A DNA stretch of 64,000 nt from Nitrosopumilus sp. (GCA_965219345.1 OZ244732.1:768001-832000), one strand, 5' to 3'; numbered from the stretch's first letter, positions 31,050 through 40,783 are shown. Numbers and translations are program-made. Notes: a model not told the origin generated them from the letters alone.

Positions 31050-31506
31050 ACCCGCAGTTTCAAAAATAAAATTTGAACAGGCAGTTAATGAGCTTAAATC
31101 AGTTCAGGAAACCTACAAAAAAGTTTGGAAGCTACGGCATATAAAATATCCTATAATCTTAATTGACATTTTATCGGAAAATAAAAACACAGGACTAACG
31201 CTTCTTCTGAATCTTGAAAATTGGGATTTTCTTCCCCCGAGTGCCACATTAATAGATAAAGACCTACGAAATAATCTGACTCCGGATCATGTACCTGAAT
31301 CATTTGATAATCCTCAGCACCCTGTTAAGCATATCGTTTTTAATCAGAACTTGAGACAAATCTGGTTTTGCAGCCCAGGTTTTTTTGAATATCATCAGTT
31401 CTATCCAGAAGACAGGTGGGAATTGATCAAAAAGACGGGTGAAGGAACTATAACTTGGATCGTTGAAAGAGCATGTAACTTAATTGACATACAGGGATTG
31501 GAATGA
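31027..31506 (+). CDS. Prokaryotic E2-like conjugating enzyme (BilB-like)
   Basis: GTG start overlapping the Ubl GG codons; NWDFLPPS, FCSPG..EYH...DRW (putative catalytic Cys). Confidence 0.78.
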   Translation: MVELPILEPAVSKIKFEQAVNELKSVQETYKKVWKLRHIKYPIILIDILSENKNTGLTLLLNLENWDFLPPSATLIDKDLRNNLTPDHVPESFDNPQHPVKHIVFNQNLRQIWFCSPGFFEYHQFYPEDRWELIKKTGEGTITWIVERACNLIDIQGLE

Positions 31507-31976
31507 CGTCACTTGTAAATATAAAAAAAATAAATCTTTCAATCTGTGTGCTGGAATATACTTTCAATTTTCTTCAAGAATATGGACACGAGCATTTAGA
31601 GGCTCACGCCATTTGGGTGGGAAAGAAAACAGGCATAGTGTTTGACGTATTGGACGTGTGGTTTCCAGCTCAGATTAACAGTGCCACATCATATGAGGTC
31701 CCAGAGGAGGAAGAATTCAAGATTAATGTAGAGCTAAACAGACAAAAGTTAATCGCAATCGCCCAGATCCATACCCACCCCGATTCTGCATTCCATAGTA
31801 GCATTGATGACGAAGGTTCTGAACTAGTCCTTCCTGGTTCGCTCAGCATTGTAATACCGAACTTTGGTTTTATAAAACAAGATGATCTTTCATTATGGAA
31901 AGTATACCGGTACACAGGAAAATCTTGGGAACAACTATCTGACCAGGAAGTAGTTAAAATATGTCACCTGATTTAA
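31503..31976 (+). CDS. JAB/JAMM metalloprotease (BilC-like deubiquitinase)
   Basis: E...QIHTHP..AFHS..DD JAMM motif; SIVIP.FG. Confidence 0.9.
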   Translation: MTSLVNIKKINLSICVLEYTFNFLQEYGHEHLEAHAIWVGKKTGIVFDVLDVWFPAQINSATSYEVPEEEEFKINVELNRQKLIAIAQIHTHPDSAFHSSIDDEGSELVLPGSLSIVIPNFGFIKQDDLSLWKVYRYTGKSWEQLSDQEVVKICHLI

Positions 31977-33484
31977 ACTTCAACGATCAGTCAGTTCAGA
32001 AAAATCTTTCTGCAATGTCTACAATAATTGGACAAAATAACGATCTGGTTTTTCGTAAACGATTAGATTCCTACAAAGTACGTGTTATTCTTCAAGACTC
32101 TGTAAAGAACAACGAAAATTTACGTAATGCATGTTCTGCATCGCTCAACTTGTTGCCCAGGCTTTTACGCAACGTGAGCTACTCAGGCACTTTAGACATT
32201 ATGAAGTCTTTCCCACAGTCCCATGTCTCAAAAATCATTATTGGAGACGGTGATGATCCATCAACCACATTGATTTTTGGAAGGGAACCCATGTCTGTAA
32301 AAAATCCGCTATATGTTAGTTCAGCAGGTTGGAGCTGCTATCTTTCAAGGGAAACCCCCTGTCCATGGACGGCAAAGGAATACAACAGTTTGTCTTCAAT
32401 GTTTGCAGGCTCTCTTGCCGTTGGGGAAATCTTCAAAGATCTGGTTCCTGAAATTCCTTCCAAAAAAATCAGTACTTTAGAATATGATTTGATAACGCAT
32501 GGCACTACTCAGCAACCTCTACTCCAGCCCAAAATTCCAGAAATAATTCACCTTGACGATTTATTGCTGGTAGGATGCGGCGCAATCGGCCAAGCATTTT
32601 GTTATGCACTCATGACAGCATCAAAGCTAAGCGGAAGAATAGGGCTTGTCGATAACGACAAACTTGAAAAGTCAAATGAACAGAGATATTTTTGCGCTTT
32701 TGAGGAAAGTAGAGGATATCTCAAGTCAGTGTTCTTGGCAAGATTTCTCAAAGCAGGTAATCCCGCACTATCTACAACACACATACCTATGAAATATGAA
32801 GATTATGCTAATGGTCTTTCGTGCAGCTCCGCACCAGAAGAGGCTGTTTCCGCGGTAGATAATGTTTGGACCAGACTGAACATACAGGCAGGAATGCCGA
32901 AGATACTTTGGAATGGGTGGACTGACGTTGACACGGGGACTTTGCGGTACGGAATTGGCAAGCATTCAATCCTAGGAAAATATGCATGTCTGGGATGCTC
33001 ATATTATCCAAGCGGGACATCCCCTTCACAAATGGACCTAAATGAACTGTTGACTGGATTTGCTAGGAAAGAAATTAAACAAAAATTACGGCAAAACGCA
33101 ATCTGCACTCCCCAAGACATCCAATCGGTCGCTTCCAAGACAGGTATCCCGATTGAGCAACTTCTACCTAATGTTGGCAAGCCCTTCAAAGATCTCTTGC
33201 ATGGAAATTGTGGCGTTTTCACATTGAGGTCTCTTGGACATGATGCTGTAGCACCCACTCCGCATGTTCCTGTTTTATGTGGAATTTTATTGGCAACCCA
33301 AGTAATACTAGAACACCTTGAGCTTCCATCAAACACAGTAAAAGTTAATTCATCAGCAGATTTTGATGCACTCGGCATTCCTAACAGGGATTGCATAACA
33401 AATATGCAAAAAAATCCAGAATGTTTTTGTGGTGATTCTGTCTACCAAAACGCATACAAGGATAAATGGGGTTGTCTGGATTAG
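31961..33484 (+). CDS. ThiF/E1-like Ubl-activating enzyme (BilD-like)
   Basis: Inactive-adenylation-like N-half; VGCGAIG, D.D..E.SN..RY, SAVDN...R, CLGC and C.C Zn sites, inserted domain ending HGNCG. Confidence 0.88.
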   Translation: MSPDLNFNDQSVQKNLSAMSTIIGQNNDLVFRKRLDSYKVRVILQDSVKNNENLRNACSASLNLLPRLLRNVSYSGTLDIMKSFPQSHVSKIIIGDGDDPSTTLIFGREPMSVKNPLYVSSAGWSCYLSRETPCPWTAKEYNSLSSMFAGSLAVGEIFKDLVPEIPSKKISTLEYDLITHGTTQQPLLQPKIPEIIHLDDLLLVGCGAIGQAFCYALMTASKLSGRIGLVDNDKLEKSNEQRYFCAFEESRGYLKSVFLARFLKAGNPALSTTHIPMKYEDYANGLSCSSAPEEAVSAVDNVWTRLNIQAGMPKILWNGWTDVDTGTLRYGIGKHSILGKYACLGCSYYPSGTSPSQMDLNELLTGFARKEIKQKLRQNAICTPQDIQSVASKTGIPIEQLLPNVGKPFKDLLHGNCGVFTLRSLGHDAVAPTPHVPVLCGILLATQVILEHLELPSNTVKVNSSADFDALGIPNRDCITNMQKNPECFCGDSVYQNAYKDKWGCLD

Positions 33485-33650
33485 CTACACCATTTATGCA
33501 GAGATTGACCGCCTAGAATTTATAACGAACTCGATTAACCAGCAGTATTAGACATGCACTATTTTTAGGTCCAGTCTAGATACCAAATTCAAAAGCAATA
33601 GAAATGGCATGGTCTCGGAACGCAACAGAACACATAGGCTGATGGGTTTC

Positions 33651-34094
33651 TCAAAGCTTCTTGTTTTTCATCCTTATCATATCGCTGAATGACAGATTAT
33701 TACGTTCCATATCCTCAAGATCTTGGACCATTTCAATTCCCACCACAATCTTATTGTTATTCCAAAAATTGTCAATGATTGAATGCCATTCAGCAAGTTT
33801 ATCCTGTAATGTATCACTGAAAAATCGTATGTTTCCAGTTTGTAGAAGCCCCAAGTATACATTGCTGCTGGGAAGTCTGTCATTTTGGTCGGATATGGTA
33901 CGTTCTCTTTCTCTGTTTGGTAAAATGTTCAATGCTCGGTTTATTTCAATGCGAAGTATGCGTGCCATGTCACGCTTGTTTGATTTTCTCTCAAAGTGTT
34001 TTTGTGATTTGTATAGGATAAACCCAGCAGTTACAATGACGACACCTCTTACAATTGCATTTACGATTTCTTCCAGTGGTAGGAGTAGAGTCAT
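33651..34094 (-). CDS. Hypothetical protein with N-terminal TM helix
   Basis: 147 aa ORF; hydrophobic N-terminus then helical region. Confidence 0.55.
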   Translation of the reverse strand: MTLLLPLEEIVNAIVRGVVIVTAGFILYKSQKHFERKSNKRDMARILRIEINRALNILPNRERERTISDQNDRLPSSNVYLGLLQTGNIRFFSDTLQDKLAEWHSIIDNFWNNNKIVVGIEMVQDLEDMERNNLSFSDMIRMKNKKL

Positions 34095-34257
34095 CTGGCT
34101 ATTGGCTTACCAAACATAAGTTTGAGAACCGTAGAATCTCTTACATCAAACTCTGCTATCTTGGTTTTTGGATCCCATGCTGTGTTTCCTAACCTGACTA
34201 GTTTATCTGATTAATTTCATCACTCAAGGTTTGGATCAGAACATTTTGTATCATTCC

Positions 34258-35121
34258 ATGAGTAGAAACTGGAAAAAATACAACCAAACACTAGTAAGAA
34301 GAGGTGAAATCATGCTGTCTTTTGACGCAATAGACTCATGGACAAAAGAACTCAAAGAAATGAACCGTGGAAAAGAAGGACACCAGTATGTTTATCCTGA
34401 ATCATTCATGGAAGCACTGGGATACTGCCATGCATATCTGCATCTTCCATATAGACAAACTGAAGGTCTGATAAAATCACATCTCAAATCCAAGACAGAA
34501 ACACCAACATATTCTGCCATCTGGAAAAGAGTAAACAAGCTTGACATCAAGATGAGCCCAAAGCTGGGAAAAGACATTGTCATTGCAATAGATAGTTCAG
34601 GAATCAAGGTTGCAGACAGGGGTGAGTGGATGAGACAGAAATGGCAGAAAAGAAGAGGATTTCTCAAGATTCATGTGGCAGCAGATGTAAAATCAAAACA
34701 GATTACAGGTTTGGAAATTACAGATGATCATTCCCATGATTCCAAATCTTTTGTATCACTAGTTGAGCAGTCAAAGCAATTTGGAAATGTGACTAAGACA
34801 CTAGCTGATGGTGCATATGACACAAAAGATAATTTTTCATATTTGTACCATGGTAACATAATTCCAGGAATCAAGACAAGAAAGAACTCATCAGTTACTA
34901 CTGATTGCTATCCAAGAAGAAAGGCAGTACTGGCCCAAATTTTCAATTATGATTTGTGGAAGAACAGCGTAAGCTATGGCGATAGGTGGATCGTAGAAGG
35001 AGTGTTTTCTGCATTCAAAAGAATGTTTGGAGAGCATGTCACATCGCACAGGAGAGAAAACATGATTCATGAGTTGAAAATGAAGGTCTGTCTGTACAAC
35101 AAGATGATTGTAATACAGTAG
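34258..35121 (+). CDS. IS5-family (IS903-like) transposase, apparently intact
   Basis: NW..YN..LV.RG, LPYRQTEG, IDSSGIK...GEW, KIHVA.D, ADGAYD, RW.VE..FS..KR.FG. Confidence 0.92.
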   Translation: MSRNWKKYNQTLVRRGEIMLSFDAIDSWTKELKEMNRGKEGHQYVYPESFMEALGYCHAYLHLPYRQTEGLIKSHLKSKTETPTYSAIWKRVNKLDIKMSPKLGKDIVIAIDSSGIKVADRGEWMRQKWQKRRGFLKIHVAADVKSKQITGLEITDDHSHDSKSFVSLVEQSKQFGNVTKTLADGAYDTKDNFSYLYHGNIIPGIKTRKNSSVTTDCYPRRKAVLAQIFNYDLWKNSVSYGDRWIVEGVFSAFKRMFGEHVTSHRRENMIHELKMKVCLYNKMIVIQ

Positions 35122-35162
35122 AAAAATCAAAATTGTTTCAAATGGTTAGATGGTGTTAATGA

Positions 35163-35381
35163 TTAGTTGGTGTTGGGAAACAAAGCAGGATCCCATATAC
35201 TTTTCTCAAGAAGTCTTAATGGTTCATCGTTTTCGTTATAAGAATCCTGAAGTATTTGCAACATCACCTTGTCATGTATGCTGTTGATTGTTGGTTCGGC
35301 ATTTGCATCAAATTTGATCCACATTTGAACCTTATCGAGTTCTTTTACTGTATTAACTGGTACTTTTTCATCTCCTGCCAT
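35163..35381 (-). CDS. Small hypothetical protein downstream of the SocA-like gene
   Basis: 72 aa ORF overlapping the end of 35345-35815. Confidence 0.4.
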   Translation of the reverse strand: MAGDEKVPVNTVKELDKVQMWIKFDANAEPTINSIHDKVMLQILQDSYNENDEPLRLLEKSIWDPALFPNTN

Positions 35382-35815
35382 ATCTTTTGTACCTGCGATT
35401 CAGTGAAATTTTTTCGTTTTGCTACTACCCAACCTATGATAGTTTTATCACCAACGCCATACCCATGCACTTTCTTTAGATAGTGCAATGAGGCAGCAAT
35501 TTCTAGATCATCTATGTTCTTGTTGTTAATGAATTTTAGAAATTTTTCAAAATTCTTCTTATCATCACTCTTCTTGAGTTCGATGTCATCGGGTATCTGA
35601 TCATAGTTTTCTAGGCTGAACGCGTTGTGTGCAAGTAAAGAGCAGTAAGGTCCACGTAAATACCATGAAAAATCATATCCCAAATATACACCACACGACT
35701 GTAAGAGATATACCAATTTCTGGAGCTTAAGCCGTTCATCAAATTCGTCCATTGAAAAATTGTAGTCTTTTATTTGTTTGAGAATGAATCCAAGCTCCAC
35801 TGACTCACGATTCAT
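35345..35815 (-). CDS. YwgA/SocA(Panacea)-like putative antitoxin
   Basis: LQKLVYLLQ..G..LGY.F.WY..GPY and LE..ASL.YL motifs. Confidence 0.6.
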   Translation of the reverse strand: MNRESVELGFILKQIKDYNFSMDEFDERLKLQKLVYLLQSCGVYLGYDFSWYLRGPYCSLLAHNAFSLENYDQIPDDIELKKSDDKKNFEKFLKFINNKNIDDLEIAASLHYLKKVHGYGVGDKTIIGWVVAKRKNFTESQVQKIWQEMKKYQLIQ

Positions 35816-35860
35816 TGGTCAAATTACCGACCACTGCCTTTTAAATTTTGCATATTCAGT

Positions 35861-37094
35861 AGTCTGTTGCACAACCACGCCTAAAACCTGACTGATGCCA
35901 ACAATTTTTACCATTGGGACAAACATTGGTGCGCCAAAAGACACTTGGATCAGGAACCTGCCAACCATACACAGTGGCATCCACAGACAACGCAAAGTAC
36001 GTGGAGCGTGGCAGGATGCTTGCCATGCACCAGGATCCGGGGTGGGAGCAGGAGCTGAAATCTGCAAATTGCCGCAAGAACGGGGCGCCGTTTCTGTATG
36101 CAGAGTCCCTGTTTGTATCAATTGCCATCATAAGATCCATGGCGCAGATACCCTACAGGCAGCTACGAGCATGGTATCAGAGATGATGCCCGGCGTTCCA
36201 ATGCCGGATCACGCCACCATGTTCAGGAGAATTCGTGGTCTCAGCGTCCAGGCCATGGGCAGCATGGTTGCCGTTACTGCAAGGGACGGCACCAGGCATG
36301 TTCTATGCAGTAGATACAACAGGCATCAAGGTGGCCAACAGGGGGGAGTGGATAAATAAAAAGTGGAAGGTCAGGCGCGGGTTTATTAAGATGCACGCGC
36401 TGGTAGACACCGACACGGGGCTGATCCTCTCGCTGAAGATCACAGACGGCTCTGTGGGGGATTCCAAGACGTTTGTCCCCATGCTGAACCAGGTACTTGG
36501 TACGGCAGGATCAGGACACAGCAGCAACAACAGCAAGCTGAACCAGGCGGAGCTTGGTACGGCAGGATCAGGACAACAGGATGCAGCCAAAGGTGCAGAT
36601 GCCGAGGCGGCCGCCGTCCCCAAAGGCATCTCGATCCTGGGGGACGGCGCATATGCATCACGAAATATCCACAAGGAGTGCAAGAACCGCGGCATCACGC
36701 CCCACTCATCCGGCTTGGGATCAACTCCACTGCACGCGGCAAGGGATCCGGCGATGCGTGGGGGCTGGCAGTGCGGGATCAGCTTGGAGGGTCGCCTGTC
36801 AGCCCCGTGGGAACGCTTACAAGCAAACAGAAAGAGGAGAACCAGAAAAAGTGGAAGAGTAGGGTGAGATACGGAAGGCGCTGGATAGTGGGGATCGTGT
36901 TTTCTGCCTTTAAGAGGATATTTGGCGAGTATGTGATGGCAGCAAAGCGGGAGAATATGATCCACAAGATCATGCTCAAGGTCGCCACGTACAACATGAT
37001 TACGTCAAGGGGAGGATGGGCCTGATGTAGCACGGCGTGAACCTGCACTGCAAGGTGTCACCAAGCCATGGGTGTGGAGGTTGTGCAACAGACT
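35861..37094 (+). mobile_element. IS5-family element with frameshifted, GC-rich transposase
   Basis: Perfect 16 bp IR AGTCTGTTGCACAACC; VDTTGIK..RGEW, GDGAY, RW.V..VFSA.KR.FG split over several frames. Confidence 0.9.
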
Positions 37095-37137
37095 AAATAA
37101 AAGATATATTATTTAGCTGCTACAACAACAAAAGTCT

Positions 37138-38421
37138 GTGATCTCAGAAATTTTTTTACATGTTGGGCTCCCCAAAACTGCAACTTCAAGCATCCAAGCT
37201 ACATTGTTTTCAAGAAAAAATTCACAGTTTTTAGAAGACAACGACTGCCTTTATCCAAAATATTTGCGTGCAAATCACTCCGGACTCTACAGCAATTTTT
37301 GTAACCATCCAGAAAAACGGGCTATAAATATAAGACGCGGGTATGATAGCGAGAAAATTAAAAAAGAAAGTGAAAAATATTTGCACAATTTTGAAAGAGA
37401 CATTAAAAAAACCGCATGCTCTAAGCTAATTATTTCCAACGAAGCTATTTCAGTTTTGACAATGGATAATTTATTAAATTTACGAGATTATCTTTTATCA
37501 ACATGTGGCAAACAAGTTAAATTTAACATTATAATATCTGTTAGAAATCCAATTTCACTATTAACGAGTGAGATCCAGCAAAAGGTCAAAGATGGCAGCA
37601 GCACTGAACAAGTAGCATTAAAAATTATGATGAAAAAAAGTCACAGTCTGTTTCAGGAAAGAATCGAAAAGTTTACAAAAGTATTTGGAAGTGAATCAGT
37701 AAAGGTCTACAGTTTTGAAGAAGCAGTTAAACATGAATTTGGCCCTGTTGGTTATTTCTTAGCTTTTACACTAAATGTAAATAATAATAATAATAATGAA
37801 ATTAGTAGACTTTACTATAAAGTATCTAATGTAGGATTATCAATGTTTTCAGTAAAATTTCTGTCATACGTAAATATGAAAATGCCTCTAATAATAGATG
37901 GAAAGCCACAGAAAAATAGATCTTTGGGTGATACTGAAGCACTTTTTAACGTATGTGGGGGGGGGGGAAGAGAAGAGACGCGTGTGTGTCCTAAATATGA
38001 CATTTCTTATACTGATAAGACGACAATAATTGAAAACAGTCGTCATGATGTTGACTGGCTAAGAAAAAATTATGGAATAGACTATTCATCCCCAAAGCTT
38101 TTTAGCAAAAATCAAAATAACACTGGGATTACAGAAAAAACTATTCATGATTTAAAAAATGCATTTCCAAATCTGTCACGTCCTCTCAGACTTTTATTGA
38201 TAGAATTCTTACAACTATGTTCGGATTCTGTAGATAATGATGAAAAAAACAGAACATCCATCTTGAATCTAATTCATGATCTGAAAAAATACAGAGTTAG
38301 CTGGAAAATAATTCATAAAATAGATTTTGAAAAAACAGGTTTAAAGATAATATCAAAAATTCTACCAGAGTCTGCAACAGATAAAATGGTTGCTTTTTAT
38401 GTGAGTAAGATTAGAGCATGA
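37138..38421 (+). CDS. Sulfotransferase-like P-loop protein
   Basis: LHVGLPKTATSSIQ, IISNE, VRNP...S..QQ; contains G11 and (AAT)6 tracts. Confidence 0.7.
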   Translation: MISEIFLHVGLPKTATSSIQATLFSRKNSQFLEDNDCLYPKYLRANHSGLYSNFCNHPEKRAINIRRGYDSEKIKKESEKYLHNFERDIKKTACSKLIISNEAISVLTMDNLLNLRDYLLSTCGKQVKFNIIISVRNPISLLTSEIQQKVKDGSSTEQVALKIMMKKSHSLFQERIEKFTKVFGSESVKVYSFEEAVKHEFGPVGYFLAFTLNVNNNNNNEISRLYYKVSNVGLSMFSVKFLSYVNMKMPLIIDGKPQKNRSLGDTEALFNVCGGGGREETRVCPKYDISYTDKTTIIENSRHDVDWLRKNYGIDYSSPKLFSKNQNNTGITEKTIHDLKNAFPNLSRPLRLLLIEFLQLCSDSVDNDEKNRTSILNLIHDLKKYRVSWKIIHKIDFEKTGLKIISKILPESATDKMVAFYVSKIRA

Positions 38422-38443
38422 CAGTACAAAACTTGCGGATGTA

Positions 38444-38828
38444 ATGAAGGATACTTCGGAATACCTGGACAAACCCACGGTAAATGAAATTGTGGCAGTT
38501 TATGCGGGCAAAGGATACGACAGCATACCAATTCGTGAACGCCTAAAAAATAAAAACGTCAGCGCACGTATTCCATTTCGAAAGAATGGTGAATCACCAG
38601 GAATCAAACCATGCAAGAAATACAATTCGGTTCGTTATGCTGCGGAGGGATTCTTTGCATGGTTGAAGAACGGATTTTGCAGGACCAGAATCAGTTCAGT
38701 TCAGATCAGTTCAGAATCAGATCAGAACCAGATCAGAACCAGATATGAAAAGAATTGTGACAACTATCTTGGATTTGTTTATCCGGCATCAACTGTAATG
38801 TATTGGAGGGTGGTATTGGAATGAGTTC
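38444..38828 (+). pseudogene. IS5-family transposase C-terminal remnant with short tandem repeats
   Basis: YA.KGYDS..IR..L, R...E.FFAWLK...R..RYEK...NYLGFV; CAGATCAG/AACCAG repeat expansion at ~38683-38745. Confidence 0.8.
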
Positions 38829-38902
38829 ACTGTAACATCTTCGAGGGTTTTCATCGATTTCAAATTACTGTTACGTTCGAGGGCCGGGGTGTTACGTTAG
38901 GG
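38828..38902 (+). repeat. ~75 bp dispersed repeat, copy 3
   Basis: CACTGTAACATCTTCGAGGGTTTTCATCGATTTCAAATTACTGTTACGTTCGAGGGCCGGGGTGTTACGTTAGGG. Confidence 0.95.
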
Positions 38903-38938
38903 CACTAAGTTTGTATGGGATAGATTTGTGATAAATTT

Positions 38939-39244
38939 ATGAATTTTCAAGAATTTTGGAGAAGATTATCTGTAGAGTTAAAGACCAATAAAAAATTCAA
39001 GACTTTGAAACGTTCAAAACCTTTTGAAGCCTATGCAGACATTAATACCATAACTGTTATACCCAACTCAAACAAACCAAGACCAGTCCCGATCAAAGAA
39101 TTCCAAAAAATGTGGGAGATCATGAAAAATCACATCAGGAGTGAGAGATACGTCAATACCAATAGGCGATATTCTTCATCTCATAATTCATCATACATCA
39201 GCGCGTTAATCGATCATGTTGTATCTGATCATAACATGGAATAG
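38939..39244 (+). CDS. Hypothetical basic protein
   Basis: 101 aa ORF; FKTL...KPF, NSSYI.ALI. Confidence 0.6.
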   Translation: MNFQEFWRRLSVELKTNKKFKTLKRSKPFEAYADINTITVIPNSNKPRPVPIKEFQKMWEIMKNHIRSERYVNTNRRYSSSHNSSYISALIDHVVSDHNME

Positions 39245-39259
39245 TCAGCAAGCCAGTTT

Positions 39260-40440
39260 TGACCATCACCACAGATGAATTAATCATAAAGACAGCACAT
39301 GAAAAAAGACAGGAGTTAAAGAAGAGTTATGAGAATGAAAAGTCTGATGTAAATCCACTTGTATTGATATAATTGCCTGATTCACGTAAGGGAATATCAG
39401 ATAGAAAAGATCAAGTAATCAGACTTTTGGATTCAAGATTCGGAACAAATACAAACAATGGCAAGCTTGCAACCCATCCTTCAGGCAAAGATAATCACAT
39501 AAAACGAAAACATGAAAAGACCCATCTTAGTGCAGAGTTTCGCAAGATTTTCTCTAATGTTGCAAACAGGCAACATATCATAGATAAAATTTCATTGAAC
39601 GTTCCACAGTTAGAACGGAAATTAATACCTGATGCAGAGATTGTAGAATTGGACAAGAACCAAAGCCTTCAGGGAACTTTACTCATCGGACAATCAGATG
39701 CTATGAATCTACAAAACAGGTTTGATTCGTTTGCAAGAGAAATGACAGAACCTTTTGCAAAAGAATATTCCCGCGGAATTATCAGACGATGCATTCATCA
39801 GCTCTTTGAGAAAAACACCAAAGTAACCGATCTTATGGACACGGCAAACATAACACTGTCTCCAAAAAACAAAGATCATTTTATCAGGACAATATCTGAA
39901 TCAAAATCTCAATTTGCCCGAGATGTTGCTGAAAAAATCAACCGTGAAACAGAAGATATTCTAAAATGGAATGTTCCAAAGTACAGAGTACGCCAAGTCT
40001 ATGACAAAAAAGACTACAAAAAAATGCATAGTATCACCAGCTTATATCAAAACAGATAATACAAAACGAAATCCGATTTATGGATTTCCTTGAAGAAGAA
40101 AATAAAGTAAGGCGGTGGTTTAAAAACGAGGTAAATGACAAGAAATACTTTGCCATAAAATATGATGATCCTGAAACTGGGGAACCTCATGCATTTTACG
40201 TTGACTTTGTTATTTGTATGACGGATAGAAGAATCGGATTGTTTGACACAAAAGCAGGATTTACAGCTAAAATTACCAAGCCAAAAGCTGAAGCATTGTC
40301 AGGATATCTCAGAGACAATAAATCAAAGAAGGTTTTTGGCGGTATTGCAGTATTTGAAAATGGCGAATGGCTGTACAATGGCAATGAGGAAACATGTATT
40401 TGATGACAAGGATTTTTCAGACTGGAGGCCTCTTGTTTTA
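39260..40440 (+). pseudogene. Type III restriction Res subunit, fragmented C-terminal part
   Basis: NPLVLI*LP (internal stop), WFKN, FAI.Y, FYVDF...GLFDTK PD-(D/E)xK region; frameshifts. Confidence 0.75.
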
Positions 40441-40454
40441 TCCCGAGTTTTCTG

Positions 40455-40532
40455 GCCCCCACGTAACAGTTTAGCCCTCGAATGTAACAGTAATCTGAAA
40501 TCGATAAAAACCCCCGAAGATGTTACAGTGTA
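40455..40532 (-). repeat. ~75 bp dispersed repeat, copy 4 (inverted)
   Basis: Reverse complement TACACTGTAACATCTTCGGGGGTTTTTATCGATTTCAGATTACTGTTACATTCGAGGGCTAAACTGTTACGTGGGGGC. Confidence 0.95.
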
Positions 40533-40754
40533 GAATAAAGATTACGGAGAAAAAATGATTATGATATTATGGCAGAAAATATGCAAAAATACACACAAAC
40601 CATTGAAAAAATCACATAATAATCCAAAAAAGTGTTAATAATATTGGGATCATCTCTGGAAATTAATTGGTTTTTTGTAATATTTACAACAAAATATCTA
40701 AAAATTACACAAAATATTACGTAGGCATGAAAAAATACAATATTTCACTAATTT

Positions 40755-40783
40755 ATGGACGAATCGTCCATTAGCGTTATATA
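40755..40783 (+). promoter_or_regulatory. S-layer promoter: perfect palindrome plus TATA box
   Basis: ATGGACGA-A-TCGTCCAT (40755-40771), TTATATA at 40777, ATG at 40811. Confidence 0.6.

Larger units (their letters stand above)
19825..40532. mobile_element. Accessory defence island bounded by inverted ~75 bp repeats
   Basis: Left TACACTGTAACATCTTCGAGGG..., right ...CCCCCGAAGATGTTACAGTGTA; content is RM, Ubl operon, IS fragments and pseudogenes. Confidence 0.75.

Noticed and set aside
33661-34119. 152 aa + strand ORF and other antisense ORFs in the track
   Set aside because: Shadows of better-supported genes on the opposite strand
27160-40451. 11 bp motif AAAACTCGGGA at 27160 and inverted at 40441, plus an imperfect IR at 29346-29390
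   Set aside because: Matches this short are expected by chance in 20 kb
19825-40532. 75 bp repeats as a CRISPR array or canonical integron attC array
   Set aside because: Copies are kilobases apart with one inverted; no cas or intI gene; no hairpin with L/R boxes conserved across all copies
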